The notes beneath the pieces are model-generated. The model was not told where the DNA came from and ran no database searches. It was given only the letters and a program-made list of their open reading frames with translations. Of a stretch of 64,000 nt of DNA, positions 10,367 through 19,668 are shown one piece after another (the stretch's first letter is position 1; every line of letters begins with the position of its first letter). The stretch lies in the IMG/VR virus record IMGVR_UViG_3300044557_000107, positions 75,821 to 139,820 of that record; one strand, written 5' to 3'. Source of the stretch: a virus (lineage: Duplodnaviria; Caudoviricetes). Position numbers and translations under genes: made by a program.

Positions 10367-11227
10367 CTATGCTAGTGTTGCTGTAGGCTTTGCGGACTGA
10401 ATAGTTTTAATTAAGTCATAATGGACGGTATAGGTGGAAGTATAACTAAAAGATACTTGAATTCCATATACGGGAAGGTCTTTAGGAGTACCATCAACAA
10501 GAGCTACAGCATCTTCTTGATAGCTAGGTAAGTTAAGTCCAAATGGGCCTTCATTGGTTTCTTTGATGAGAATAACAATGAATTTTAGTAAATTATCTAA
10601 GCATCGTAAGACATCCATATTACTAGATATGATATAAATATCCAAGGTATCTTCGATGCTAAATCCTTTGGCAATTCCGGAGTACTTAGAGTTATCACCC
10701 GTAAGCAAAGCATAATAGCTTACACCAAGGTAGTTTCCTAAAATGCTTTCTGAAATGCCCTTTAAGTTAATACGTTTCTGGTTTGAATCATCAAGACTAT
10801 AAACATTATTAGATACCCCCTGAACAGCCGCTAGACTTCCAATAGGATTAGATGTAGCTAGAAAGTATCCTTGTGAGTCTTGTTGAACTTGTAGATTTTC
10901 TTGAGTAATTCCAGTATCCCAATTACTATACTGGGTAACATTATTTCCAATATCACTGTTCTGTTTTTGAGCACCTCCACGTGTCAGTACATAGAGTGCA
11001 TCGAATCCCAGGGTATTATCTGGAAACGTATAATCAACAGTAATATTATGCTCCGGATTAGTTCCCCCAAAGGCTTTCTTAAATGAAGCTACTACGTTAG
11101 GCTCAAGGTCTCCTAAAGCGCTATCTGTAATATAAGTTTCATTATTGGTTCCTACGCAACTTAGTATTTTGTCTAAGTACTCTGTAAGCATTTTCTTGAA
11201 GTAACTATCATAAGATACAATTGACAC
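10367..11227 (-). CDS. Virion neck / tail-terminator-type protein
   Basis: 286 aa in head-tail joining block (synteny only). Confidence 0.55.
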   Translation of the reverse strand: MSIVSYDSYFKKMLTEYLDKILSCVGTNNETYITDSALGDLEPNVVASFKKAFGGTNPEHNITVDYTFPDNTLGFDALYVLTRGGAQKQNSDIGNNVTQYSNWDTGITQENLQVQQDSQGYFLATSNPIGSLAAVQGVSNNVYSLDDSNQKRINLKGISESILGNYLGVSYYALLTGDNSKYSGIAKGFSIEDTLDIYIISSNMDVLRCLDNLLKFIVILIKETNEGPFGLNLPSYQEDAVALVDGTPKDLPVYGIQVSFSYTSTYTVHYDLIKTIQSAKPTATLA

Positions 11228-11847
11228 TATAGGTCACCTACTTTCTCTACCATCTGCTTGAACATTCGATCCATATTGTTAATCATAGTCTTACTAAAGT
11301 TATCTTCGTTAATACGATCACGATTTAGAATCCATGCGGAGGGGCTTGTTTTATCTGATACAGTTCTGAAAGATACATACATAGACTTAGATCCCTGACT
11401 GATCCTTGTAAGATTTTTAGATACAGGTGTGTAATTAGCATAACTAATAGTGCTGTTACTACTTCGGTTCTCATATAAAAGAGACACTGTGGATGTTCCG
11501 GATAGCTTGCTTGGGGGAATAACTATGCTATGAGCTTGCCGATATAATGCGTTGCTCATACCAGCTACCTTGCGGCGAATAGGAACTACTAGATACCACC
11601 CACCTGATTTACTACGCTTAGCAAAGGGACTCGCCTTGAAGAAAGGTTTTAAATCTACTACACCGTGTTTATTTGCGCGTTGTGCAGTTACTTCAAGATA
11701 ATGCGGTGAAACTTTAGGGTTTAAACCGAACTGTGAAGCAACTACGGCCGCTCGATTAATAATGTCTTGGGAAAGATTATCTCCGATGTTTTTTAGATAT
11801 TTATCAGTATTTTCAAATAGATCTGGCTTAGTTACTTTTTCTGTCAA
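11227..11847 (-). CDS. Head-tail joining/neck protein
   Basis: DLKPFF..S..K..GGWYLVVPIR motif typical of this slot in SPO1/Twort-like phages. Confidence 0.6.
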   Translation of the reverse strand: MTEKVTKPDLFENTDKYLKNIGDNLSQDIINRAAVVASQFGLNPKVSPHYLEVTAQRANKHGVVDLKPFFKASPFAKRSKSGGWYLVVPIRRKVAGMSNALYRQAHSIVIPPSKLSGTSTVSLLYENRSSNSTISYANYTPVSKNLTRISQGSKSMYVSFRTVSDKTSPSAWILNRDRINEDNFSKTMINNMDRMFKQMVEKVGDL

Positions 11848-12824
11848 ATATGGAAGCCTTCTTTACTAATGTCAGGGATAGAGCCAATAGTATTATTACC
11901 AGTGACCTCATTTAAGGATTCATTTAAGTTATTTAAAATATCAGAGCTACTTGCAAGACTCTTAGTCGTTTCTCCAATAATACTTTGTTCTCGTGTTAGC
12001 TCACATAACTTTGGCAATGCTTCATAGCGAATATGCTTATCTAGGATACCTCGGCTAGAATACTGATAGCGATTTTCCTTGTCAATATTTGTTATGATAT
12101 ACCTTAAAGTCATATCAAACCTGATGGATATGTTCTGATTTAGCAGGTCTTTATTCAGTACTTTAAATAGTTGATTTTTAGTGTCATAGCTAAAGTCTAT
12201 ATCTTGCTTGAGTTGTTTCTTTGAGTATCCTACATATAGGAATTTGTATACTCGGTAGGGTAATCGAATACCTTTATCTATGATATTTTGTTTAGCATTA
12301 AAGATGAAGGCTTGGATAACGTGAATATCCGGGCAAGTAATTCGGTCCCTTGTAGCTACAGGTGTTTCCATCTGGGTAGTTCCTAAAGCATCACCTTTTT
12401 GGTATACTCCCATGTTATTATAAGTTTCTTTTCGGTTCTGTGATTGGATCATCATTTTAATAGAGACTCCAGGAAGATACGCGCGTCCAGTTCCTCCACA
12501 GATTGGACAATTAATATCTGGTTTACCGGTATCGGGATCTCGGCAAGTACATAAATAACTGCGTTCCCAGATGACTTGCATACCATGATCTTCTACAAAT
12601 TTATACAGATCAGATGTTTCAAAGTCTACACTTAAAGATGAGTTACTTTTCCGTGGTGTATTCTGATCACTTGAGTAGTCATTCTCGCCCTTATTATACG
12701 AATAGGTAGAATTACTCCTTAGATCATTTTCAACGGTGCTTGATGGTAACGTAGGGTACTCTGGAATAGATGTGGCATCGTCTGTCTTAGAGGATTCTGA
12801 AAAGCTGATTGGTTTTTCTCCCAT
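11844..12824 (-). CDS. Head completion protein with Cys cluster
   Basis: WE.SYLCTC......P...CPICGG.G motif; synteny. Confidence 0.65.
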   Translation of the reverse strand: MGEKPISFSESSKTDDATSIPEYPTLPSSTVENDLRSNSTYSYNKGENDYSSDQNTPRKSNSSLSVDFETSDLYKFVEDHGMQVIWERSYLCTCRDPDTGKPDINCPICGGTGRAYLPGVSIKMMIQSQNRKETYNNMGVYQKGDALGTTQMETPVATRDRITCPDIHVIQAFIFNAKQNIIDKGIRLPYRVYKFLYVGYSKKQLKQDIDFSYDTKNQLFKVLNKDLLNQNISIRFDMTLRYIITNIDKENRYQYSSRGILDKHIRYEALPKLCELTREQSIIGETTKSLASSSDILNNLNESLNEVTGNNTIGSIPDISKEGFHI

Positions 12825-12848
12825 AGTTTTTGATAGACTCCTTTCTGG

Positions 12849-13748
12849 TTAGACACTATATAAGGGAACTACGTACTTAGATTTCAAACTAGCTTCAAGA
12901 CTTGCAATATCGTTCCGAACAAGATCAATATCCGCCGCAGAACCAGTATACATAGCACTTTGAGTAGTAACTACTCGTTCACTAATTCCATCCATAGTAA
13001 TTTCTTTTTCGGCGATACCAGCACCTAGAATAAGTTTCCCCCATTGTTCCAGGATTTCAATTAAGCAATATTTAAGGATAAGTTCTTGTAGGGAAGCAGG
13101 TATTTCCCAGTCTTGATTATAATTCCCGTTCTTAGCCGGTAGCATTCCAGCAACGTAGTCTAAACTAAACACTTGAGGAGCATTATTTGATCCTGGAGCC
13201 ATTGCAACACCATACCCATAACCATAAGGGAACATTGCGGCTAACGCGGCGTTATTAAACGTGCTACTTACACCATTTCCAAGTAGGAAACTGGTTAAAG
13301 GGTACGCCTGAATACTGCCGAACAGATTGTATACACGCCACCACTGTGAAGGATATGCCATCATTTGAGTAAGTCCGAACTGCATTTCCATTGATTCAAC
13401 CTGAATAACCGGATGCTTATATAACTTTATATTATTATAAGAGTTAACATCTGCTTCATACATATCGTGTTTTTCTCGTTGAATAAGTCGAGGGAAAATA
13501 GCAATATCCAGCTTGTGTTCTGCAAGTGCAATTTTAGTTTGTATCATTCGCTTATAGAATGTATCTGGAAGTTCTTTTCCTGTATTAGGGTCAACTACGT
13601 TTAGTCCAAATAAGTATGCTTTAATTGCGTCTGGTGTTAAATCATAATCTGCTACTGACAGTGTGTCTAAGTCTGCTAAATTAACATGCTTAGGGTTTCC
13701 TTGAGAATAGGGTGCCGCAGTAGGGTTAGTTAGATCAGTTAAAGGCAT
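12849..13748 (-). CDS. Head-tail adaptor protein
   Basis: WG.LI.GAGIA...TMDGISE...TTQSAMY.G..ADI motif; two genes after MCP. Confidence 0.7.
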   Translation of the reverse strand: MPLTDLTNPTAAPYSQGNPKHVNLADLDTLSVADYDLTPDAIKAYLFGLNVVDPNTGKELPDTFYKRMIQTKIALAEHKLDIAIFPRLIQREKHDMYEADVNSYNNIKLYKHPVIQVESMEMQFGLTQMMAYPSQWWRVYNLFGSIQAYPLTSFLLGNGVSSTFNNAALAAMFPYGYGYGVAMAPGSNNAPQVFSLDYVAGMLPAKNGNYNQDWEIPASLQELILKYCLIEILEQWGKLILGAGIAEKEITMDGISERVVTTQSAMYTGSAADIDLVRNDIASLEASLKSKYVVPLYSV

Positions 13749-13760
13749 TTAGATTCTCCT

Positions 13761-14021
13761 TTACTTTTTATCCGTAGTTTTTGTAGTAGTACTTTTTCGG
13801 GTCCGCGGAGTTCTTGTAGTTTTTTTAGTCGTTGTTTTAGAGGTTACCGTATCAGTTGCTTTAGCCGGTTTCTTGTTAGGCGTAAAAGTGTACCAACGCA
13901 GGTCTTTAAATTCTTGTTCTTGGTCTTCTGTTAGTCCTTTAATAACACCTTGACCATCAATAGTTACTTCTCCAAACTTGGTACCTAATTTCATATTTCT
14001 TAGTACTTTTTGTTTTAACAT
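13761..14021 (-). CDS. Small basic virion-associated protein
   Basis: 86 aa, K/T-rich tail, directly after MCP, GGAGG RBS. Confidence 0.6.
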   Translation of the reverse strand: MLKQKVLRNMKLGTKFGEVTIDGQGVIKGLTEDQEQEFKDLRWYTFTPNKKPAKATDTVTSKTTTKKTTRTPRTRKSTTTKTTDKK

Positions 14022-14045
14022 ATTTTTAATCCTCCTGTATAATTA

Positions 14046-14070
14046 AAAAGGAAGGCATTCCGCCTTCCTC
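14046..14070 (-). terminator. Terminator after major capsid gene
   Basis: GGAAGGC/GCCTTCC stem followed by a T-run on the minus strand. Confidence 0.75.
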
Positions 14071-14095
14071 CTCGATGAACAACACTAGTATTAAA

Positions 14096-15547
14096 TTAGA
14101 ATTGTGGTACTGCTGGAGTGTATCCAACGTTCTTGATGCGAGCGAAACGCTTTGGCGCGATAAGAGCTAAAGCACCATTCCAGATAACTGACCAAGCCAG
14201 TGTTTTGTTTTGTGTAGGCAATGGAAGTGACATCAAAGGTAACAATTCGTAAAGACGAATAGTCAAGTTATTTACTTCACCAACAAAGACATCTACAGTA
14301 GCTGGAATGTTTTCGTTACGATCGACAAAGGTAATTACACCGTTAACAGCTTGGTTAACACCTACTCGGTTGATCAAGTAGTATTGACCAGAAGCGTTAT
14401 CTAAACGGTAGATTGAAGCAAACTTAGGTGTAGCTGTATAAGTTGCAGGAACCGTAATTGCCAATGAAATTGATGAGTCTACCTTGTCTAATGCCGCATT
14501 AACTTCCGTATATACGGATTGAGCTTGATCAGACCAAAGGGTTACTCGATAAGATACCGTCCCAATGTCAGAAGCTGTAAACTTAGCATTGTCTGTTTCT
14601 TTAACAGTTGGAGTAGCAACGGCTGGAGCTTCAGGAGCATTTTGACCGCCTAAGAACTGTGTATCCAGGAACTTATCATTTTCCATTACGGCTGAACCAT
14701 TAAGTTCAATCTGTGAAATAGTAGATGACCATTGGGTTACATTAAGGCCCGCAGTTACTGAATTAGTATTTTGGCCACCAATACCATTTGAGAAGTAACG
14801 AGCATTTGGAATGAATGATGTAGAGAATTTAGATAGAACTCCTAAAGGCATGAAAGCGTCCGTTGGAGTACCATATCCTTTAGCAACATACAAGCAAGCG
14901 GTATTAAGAAGTTCTGGAGTTAAATCTGCTCCACGAGCATCAATAACATTGTTAGGATCAATCTGTTGAGTCAATCCATTAAATTCCAGACCTTCTCCGC
15001 CGCCCATGTTATCTTGAACTTCGTCTGTTAATGACTTGTCACCATAGAACGAAGCCCATTCAATACCCTTAACGACTGAGACAATAGCGTCATCTGTGTA
15101 AATTTGGACAGGTTGGGCAATATTGTCTACGGCTTGGGAGATCAATGATACTGAACGCGTTGCCGATAGGTTCTTAGTACGTACTAAGCGACGATGCATA
15201 GCAGGATCTGATGGGGCACTTAGGCCAACTTCTGTATCGAACATTGAGTGACCTGTCTCACCATGCCGATCAAAGGTTGTATATTCTACTACAGTTGAGG
15301 CTGACTTCAACTTAGGAAGTTTACTGAAGAATACCATAGCTTGAGACGAATAAGACAGTTGACTTACTCGGTTGTCTAAGAATTGACGACGTAGGGCCGG
15401 GACACCCGCAAGAGTTTCAGGATCTACATCCGTTCCTGTTACAGCGGCTTTCTGTACAATTTCATTTAATCCATCGCTATTTACATCAAGCGCTTGAGGA
15501 AAGCTTTTAAGAGCATTTTGTTGTTGTAGGCTTAATTTTTCGCTCAT
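14096..15547 (-). CDS. Major capsid protein
   Basis: 483 aa; ALRRQFLD, STVVEY..F..HG..GH, IEWASFYGD, GYGTPTDAFMP motifs of SPO1/Twort-like MCPs. Confidence 0.95.
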   Translation of the reverse strand: MSEKLSLQQQNALKSFPQALDVNSDGLNEIVQKAAVTGTDVDPETLAGVPALRRQFLDNRVSQLSYSSQAMVFFSKLPKLKSASTVVEYTTFDRHGETGHSMFDTEVGLSAPSDPAMHRRLVRTKNLSATRSVSLISQAVDNIAQPVQIYTDDAIVSVVKGIEWASFYGDKSLTDEVQDNMGGGEGLEFNGLTQQIDPNNVIDARGADLTPELLNTACLYVAKGYGTPTDAFMPLGVLSKFSTSFIPNARYFSNGIGGQNTNSVTAGLNVTQWSSTISQIELNGSAVMENDKFLDTQFLGGQNAPEAPAVATPTVKETDNAKFTASDIGTVSYRVTLWSDQAQSVYTEVNAALDKVDSSISLAITVPATYTATPKFASIYRLDNASGQYYLINRVGVNQAVNGVITFVDRNENIPATVDVFVGEVNNLTIRLYELLPLMSLPLPTQNKTLAWSVIWNGALALIAPKRFARIKNVGYTPAVPQF

Positions 15548-15625
15548 TTAGTTTATTTGCACCTTTCATTAATTAATTAATTACTTTCAGAAATAATATA
15601 GCTAGTTGCATGGTATAGAGGTTGT

Positions 15626-16690
15626 TTAGCCCTTATTCTTCTTGTTGAGGAATTCAAAGACTTCAACTGCGTCCTCATCAGTTGCGTTACCATAGAAAGC
15701 TTTTCCAAGGATGTCTTGGAAATGACGAGTCTTATATCCTAATATATTGCCTTTAGCAAACTCTGTTTCAAATGATTGTTGGAACTCATCCTGGATTTCT
15801 GGAGTTAAAGATTTTGCAGTAATTTTGTCTGTACCACTTTCAGTGGCTTTAGTTTCTTGAACATTTTGGTGTTGCTCAGGAGATAGCCGGTCCACAAAAT
15901 TGACAGATTGTCCATTGGCATCTTTGGCAGATTTTACAGTTTCCTCAGGTGCTTTTACGTCATCTTGGGGATCTTCTGGGATACTAGTAGACTTTTCAGA
16001 CTTTTTATCTTTATCCTTATCAGAGTCTTCTTTTTCTGGTCCTTGATCTTCGGGCTTCATTGAGTCATCTGGTTTATCTGTAGACTTTTTCTTATCTTTG
16101 TCTTCTTTGTGGCTTTCTTCAATATCGTCGTCTTCATCGTCATCTTTGTGCATGTTATCACAGTTTTTATCTGTATCTTTAGTAGCCTTTAAGCTTTCTA
16201 ACAAAGGAACGATTGGTTCAATATGTTTGTTAATTGCTTCATCTAAGTTATTATAGGCTTTAGCAGATAATTCAATTAAATGATTGAAGTCTTCATAGCT
16301 AACACTCTTAGTTACTTCATGATTTTCTTCAAAGCTTCGCTTGAAACTATCGTTTTGACTAGCTGTTTGCTGAGCTAAGTTGTCCAGCTTTGCAGATAAT
16401 ATATCAATCTTTTTACCAAATCCATCAATCATAGTTTTTAATTCTGGTGACATAGGAATATCTGTAACAGATTCTGGTTTATTGCCTTTTTCAAAGTCTT
16501 TCGTATCAGAAGCACCACCATCATCATATTCACTTTTCTTAGCAGTTTCTTTGTCAGAGTCTTTAGTAGAATCTTTAGTAGAATCCTTTACGTCATTTTC
16601 TTTAGTATCTTTCTTATCCGAATCTTCTGGCTTATTATTTAATGACTTTTCAAATTCGTCTAAGATACTGTTGTTTTCTTTTTCTGCCAT
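15626..16690 (-). CDS. Putative capsid scaffold protein
   Basis: Highly acidic/charged 354 aa between protease and MCP. Confidence 0.6.
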   Translation of the reverse strand: MAEKENNSILDEFEKSLNNKPEDSDKKDTKENDVKDSTKDSTKDSDKETAKKSEYDDGGASDTKDFEKGNKPESVTDIPMSPELKTMIDGFGKKIDILSAKLDNLAQQTASQNDSFKRSFEENHEVTKSVSYEDFNHLIELSAKAYNNLDEAINKHIEPIVPLLESLKATKDTDKNCDNMHKDDDEDDDIEESHKEDKDKKKSTDKPDDSMKPEDQGPEKEDSDKDKDKKSEKSTSIPEDPQDDVKAPEETVKSAKDANGQSVNFVDRLSPEQHQNVQETKATESGTDKITAKSLTPEIQDEFQQSFETEFAKGNILGYKTRHFQDILGKAFYGNATDEDAVEVFEFLNKKNKG

Positions 16691-16691
16691 T

Positions 16692-17546
16692 CTAATTTAT
16701 ATCTCCTTCGTTAATAAACTTAATTGCATCCTTTCGACCAATGCCCGCGCCTAATTGCAATAAAACACATTTAGTAGTATTATCTAAGGCTCCTCGTGCG
16801 AGAAGTTCCTTTTCAGTATCTCGAAAAAGGTCTTTAAAGTTATCTCGCCGGATAGCCGATGTTAAACATGAGATACTATCCGCTAGGTTACTAATAGATA
16901 AAACTCCAGAGTGTTGATCCAAGTTCTCAGGGTTAGCTGGAAATCCTGTTTCGTAGTCTTTGTCCAGATGATCTTTAAAAGACTTTTCAAAAGACTCCCA
17001 AGTAGCCTCGGGATTGGCAGGGTGCGTTGTAATAGCTACATTAAGAACTTTTAAACCAGTTATTTTTGTGTTATCATTGGGATCACGACTAGTAATGTAA
17101 CCCTCAATAGAGAATCCAAGATTTCTTTGAGAATCTGCATTTTTCATAGATTTTGATAAGTCCCACATTTCTTGTACAATAGGCTTATCTTTATATAAAA
17201 GCGCAGTAACATGAAGACCTTCGGCGTCTACATAACAGCTATTTGATAAAGGTTCTCCTACAATATCACGAGGAGCTTGTTTGTGGTCAAAATTAATGAA
17301 GCCATAGTCTTTAAAATAACCAATATTTAAACCATTAGGATCTACACTTTCTCCATCAAGGTCTTTATCACCAGTTGAGGCGATTCCCTTAATGTACCAT
17401 TGCTTTTCCTTTGTTGGATTATTGTCTTGAGGCTCAATACTAAAACTGGAGAACTCTCCGGAGCCTACAAATAGTTTTCCTTTAGTGTATACTTGCAAGG
17501 TATCAGTTACCTCTTTCGTTTTAGATTTAATGCAGGATACTCTCAA
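16692..17546 (-). CDS. Prohead protease
   Basis: GIAST...DLDGE, GFINFDH, LGFSIEG, VAIT.HPANP.ATW motifs. Confidence 0.9.
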   Translation of the reverse strand: MRVSCIKSKTKEVTDTLQVYTKGKLFVGSGEFSSFSIEPQDNNPTKEKQWYIKGIASTGDKDLDGESVDPNGLNIGYFKDYGFINFDHKQAPRDIVGEPLSNSCYVDAEGLHVTALLYKDKPIVQEMWDLSKSMKNADSQRNLGFSIEGYITSRDPNDNTKITGLKVLNVAITTHPANPEATWESFEKSFKDHLDKDYETGFPANPENLDQHSGVLSISNLADSISCLTSAIRRDNFKDLFRDTEKELLARGALDNTTKCVLLQLGAGIGRKDAIKFINEGDIN

Positions 17547-17590
17547 AATACTGAGGTGTGGTCCTGCTTTTCAGAAATAATATAGTGCTA

Positions 17591-19240
17591 TTAGCGGAGT
17601 TCTCCATTTTGTTTAACTCCAGCTCTATCTGATGGTTTAGTTTTACCATCAAAGCCATGTTGTTGGTCCTGAAAGTTACTATTAGGTTTATTAGGGTCTG
17701 GATTACCAGCTTGAGTATTACTAGGAATCGTAGCAAATTCCTTAAGTAAATTTATAGTATCCATCGCAAAGGTGTGCTCTACTGTTTTCTCTTGAATAGT
17801 CTGAGCCGCGCGCTGAATAGCATATTGATTAAGTACTACATCGTCCCCAGGAATATGCCCACGGAGTTTCTTTTCCTTCCGTACTTCATGAACAGTTTTA
17901 TAAGATGACAACTCTTTAGCTAGCTTATCAATTTCTTGAAGTTCTGCCGAAGTATCTCCACCAATAAATTTAAACTTATATTCATCACCGAAGTTAGGCT
18001 TTACTAAGTATCGGTTAATCGCATCTTCAATAGCTATCATTAAAGGACGTAATCCACGGTTTTTCGAGTCCTGAATCTTTTGAGATGAGTTTCCTTCATT
18101 AAGAGAATGTGACTTAGTACCAGTAGCTCCTCCCCGATTAGGGAAACCAATTTCTGCGGAGTCAATACCGAAAACAGCAGAGATGATATAAATTAAATAA
18201 TTTAACCATTTTTCAAATTCCATATCTCTAGCTTGCGGTGTTAAGTTAACGTATTGAATATCATCAGGGGCACTAATTACAGGCATTTGCCAAGATCCGT
18301 TAATACCCTGAAGGGATACATTCCACATTCTTTTAAAGTCATCCATAGCTTGACGAGACTGTGCTTGAGTAGCATCGCCACTTTGCTTAAGATTAAGAAT
18401 TCCCCGAGTAGTTCCACCATGAGAGAAAAAGCGATCATTAAATATTTCTGTGTTCTCGTGTGCCATAAATTCTCGGATACAGATCATTAGTTCAGATAAT
18501 CCATATCCAGAACTATAAATATCTGACTGAGGATTTCTGATAACCATTGCCAATTCTTTATCATCGAAGAATCGTCTAACTTGCTGGTCTACTACTTGCA
18601 CATAGCGTTTACCTGAGTTAACTAGCTTTCCATCATCATTAGCTCTAAAGAATATTGTTGAAGGGTCAACCATGGTTGTATACAGCCACTTACCATGCTT
18701 GCTATCATAAACATTTTCAAAGTTTACTTGGTCATAAACATAGGTGTCATGAACAAACATTTTAATAAACTGATGAAGATCCATATGCCGATTTGACGAA
18801 GCAATCCCCATGTTCATTACTTGCTTTTCTAAACGTTTAAACAATTCTCTTTCACGGGCATTTGGCTTCCGATCAATGTCCTCAAAACCGATGCTGAATC
18901 CCACTCCCTGTTCAGATTCTTCAACGGGCTGACAGAAAGTTAATACTTGCCCTGACCGAGTATTTAAAATAGCATTTAGAACTGGATTATTTGCATACGT
19001 TTTTAGCGTAGCATTAACTGATGCAACACCGTTATAAAATGGCTTATCACGGAATCCAGGATTAATGCCCCCAATAGAAATAGAATTGAAGGGTTCTGTA
19101 ATCGCTGTAGTTTTACCATGGTACCCCTTAGTGACATCTGGCATACCTTTAAGTTGATTATCTAGTATTTTTTGGTAATCGTTTAGTTCTTTATTGGTAA
19201 CTGCATCTTTATTAGAAGATGCAAATGGATTAAGTTTCAA
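17591..19240 (-). CDS. Portal protein
   Basis: 549 aa; FNDRFFSHGGTTRGIL and DMEFEKWLNYLI motifs. Confidence 0.93.
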   Translation of the reverse strand: MKLNPFASSNKDAVTNKELNDYQKILDNQLKGMPDVTKGYHGKTTAITEPFNSISIGGINPGFRDKPFYNGVASVNATLKTYANNPVLNAILNTRSGQVLTFCQPVEESEQGVGFSIGFEDIDRKPNARERELFKRLEKQVMNMGIASSNRHMDLHQFIKMFVHDTYVYDQVNFENVYDSKHGKWLYTTMVDPSTIFFRANDDGKLVNSGKRYVQVVDQQVRRFFDDKELAMVIRNPQSDIYSSGYGLSELMICIREFMAHENTEIFNDRFFSHGGTTRGILNLKQSGDATQAQSRQAMDDFKRMWNVSLQGINGSWQMPVISAPDDIQYVNLTPQARDMEFEKWLNYLIYIISAVFGIDSAEIGFPNRGGATGTKSHSLNEGNSSQKIQDSKNRGLRPLMIAIEDAINRYLVKPNFGDEYKFKFIGGDTSAELQEIDKLAKELSSYKTVHEVRKEKKLRGHIPGDDVVLNQYAIQRAAQTIQEKTVEHTFAMDTINLLKEFATIPSNTQAGNPDPNKPNSNFQDQQHGFDGKTKPSDRAGVKQNGELR

Positions 19241-19255
19241 AGTTCCACCACCTTC

Positions 19256-19603
19256 CTATTCATAGTACTGGAAACTATCCTTTCCTAGTACAGTTTCGTC
19301 ACTAAGAAATTCCGTAGTTTTATGCAATTTTTCGATATTCTCAAAGGCCTTTTTCATTACCGTAGCTTCGTGGGTACTGATTGATAATAGCCCATCATCT
19401 TTCAAAACATAAGTAATATCTTGATCTGTATTTGCGAGTACTCGATAGCGGGACTTATTCTCCGTATCTACAACGTACAGTTGAATACAGTTACCACCTA
19501 GTGCATTATAAAGAGTAATAACATAGCACCAGTCGTTATTTTTACCTTCACGCTTGCTTAAAGTCTTTGCTTTGTTCCATAAAGTATCAGTAGTAAAGTT
19601 CAA
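19256..19603 (-). CDS. Hypothetical protein upstream of portal
   Basis: ORF with RBS and late-promoter motif upstream. Confidence 0.6.
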   Translation of the reverse strand: MNFTTDTLWNKAKTLSKREGKNNDWCYVITLYNALGGNCIQLYVVDTENKSRYRVLANTDQDITYVLKDDGLLSISTHEATVMKKAFENIEKLHKTTEFLSDETVLGKDSFQYYE

Positions 19604-19668
19604 AATTCTACCTCTTTTGCTAAAATATTATTAGTTCTTACAATAATAATATAGTTTTCACTTAATTT

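Noticed and set aside
14772-14785. 12/14 match of orphan guide 1 (TGCCCACCAGTACC) to the capsid gene region (TGGCCACCAATACC)
   Set aside because: Adjacent 5' sequence is TATTT rather than TTTAT, there is a seed mismatch, and such a match is expected by chance in 128 kb of both strands.
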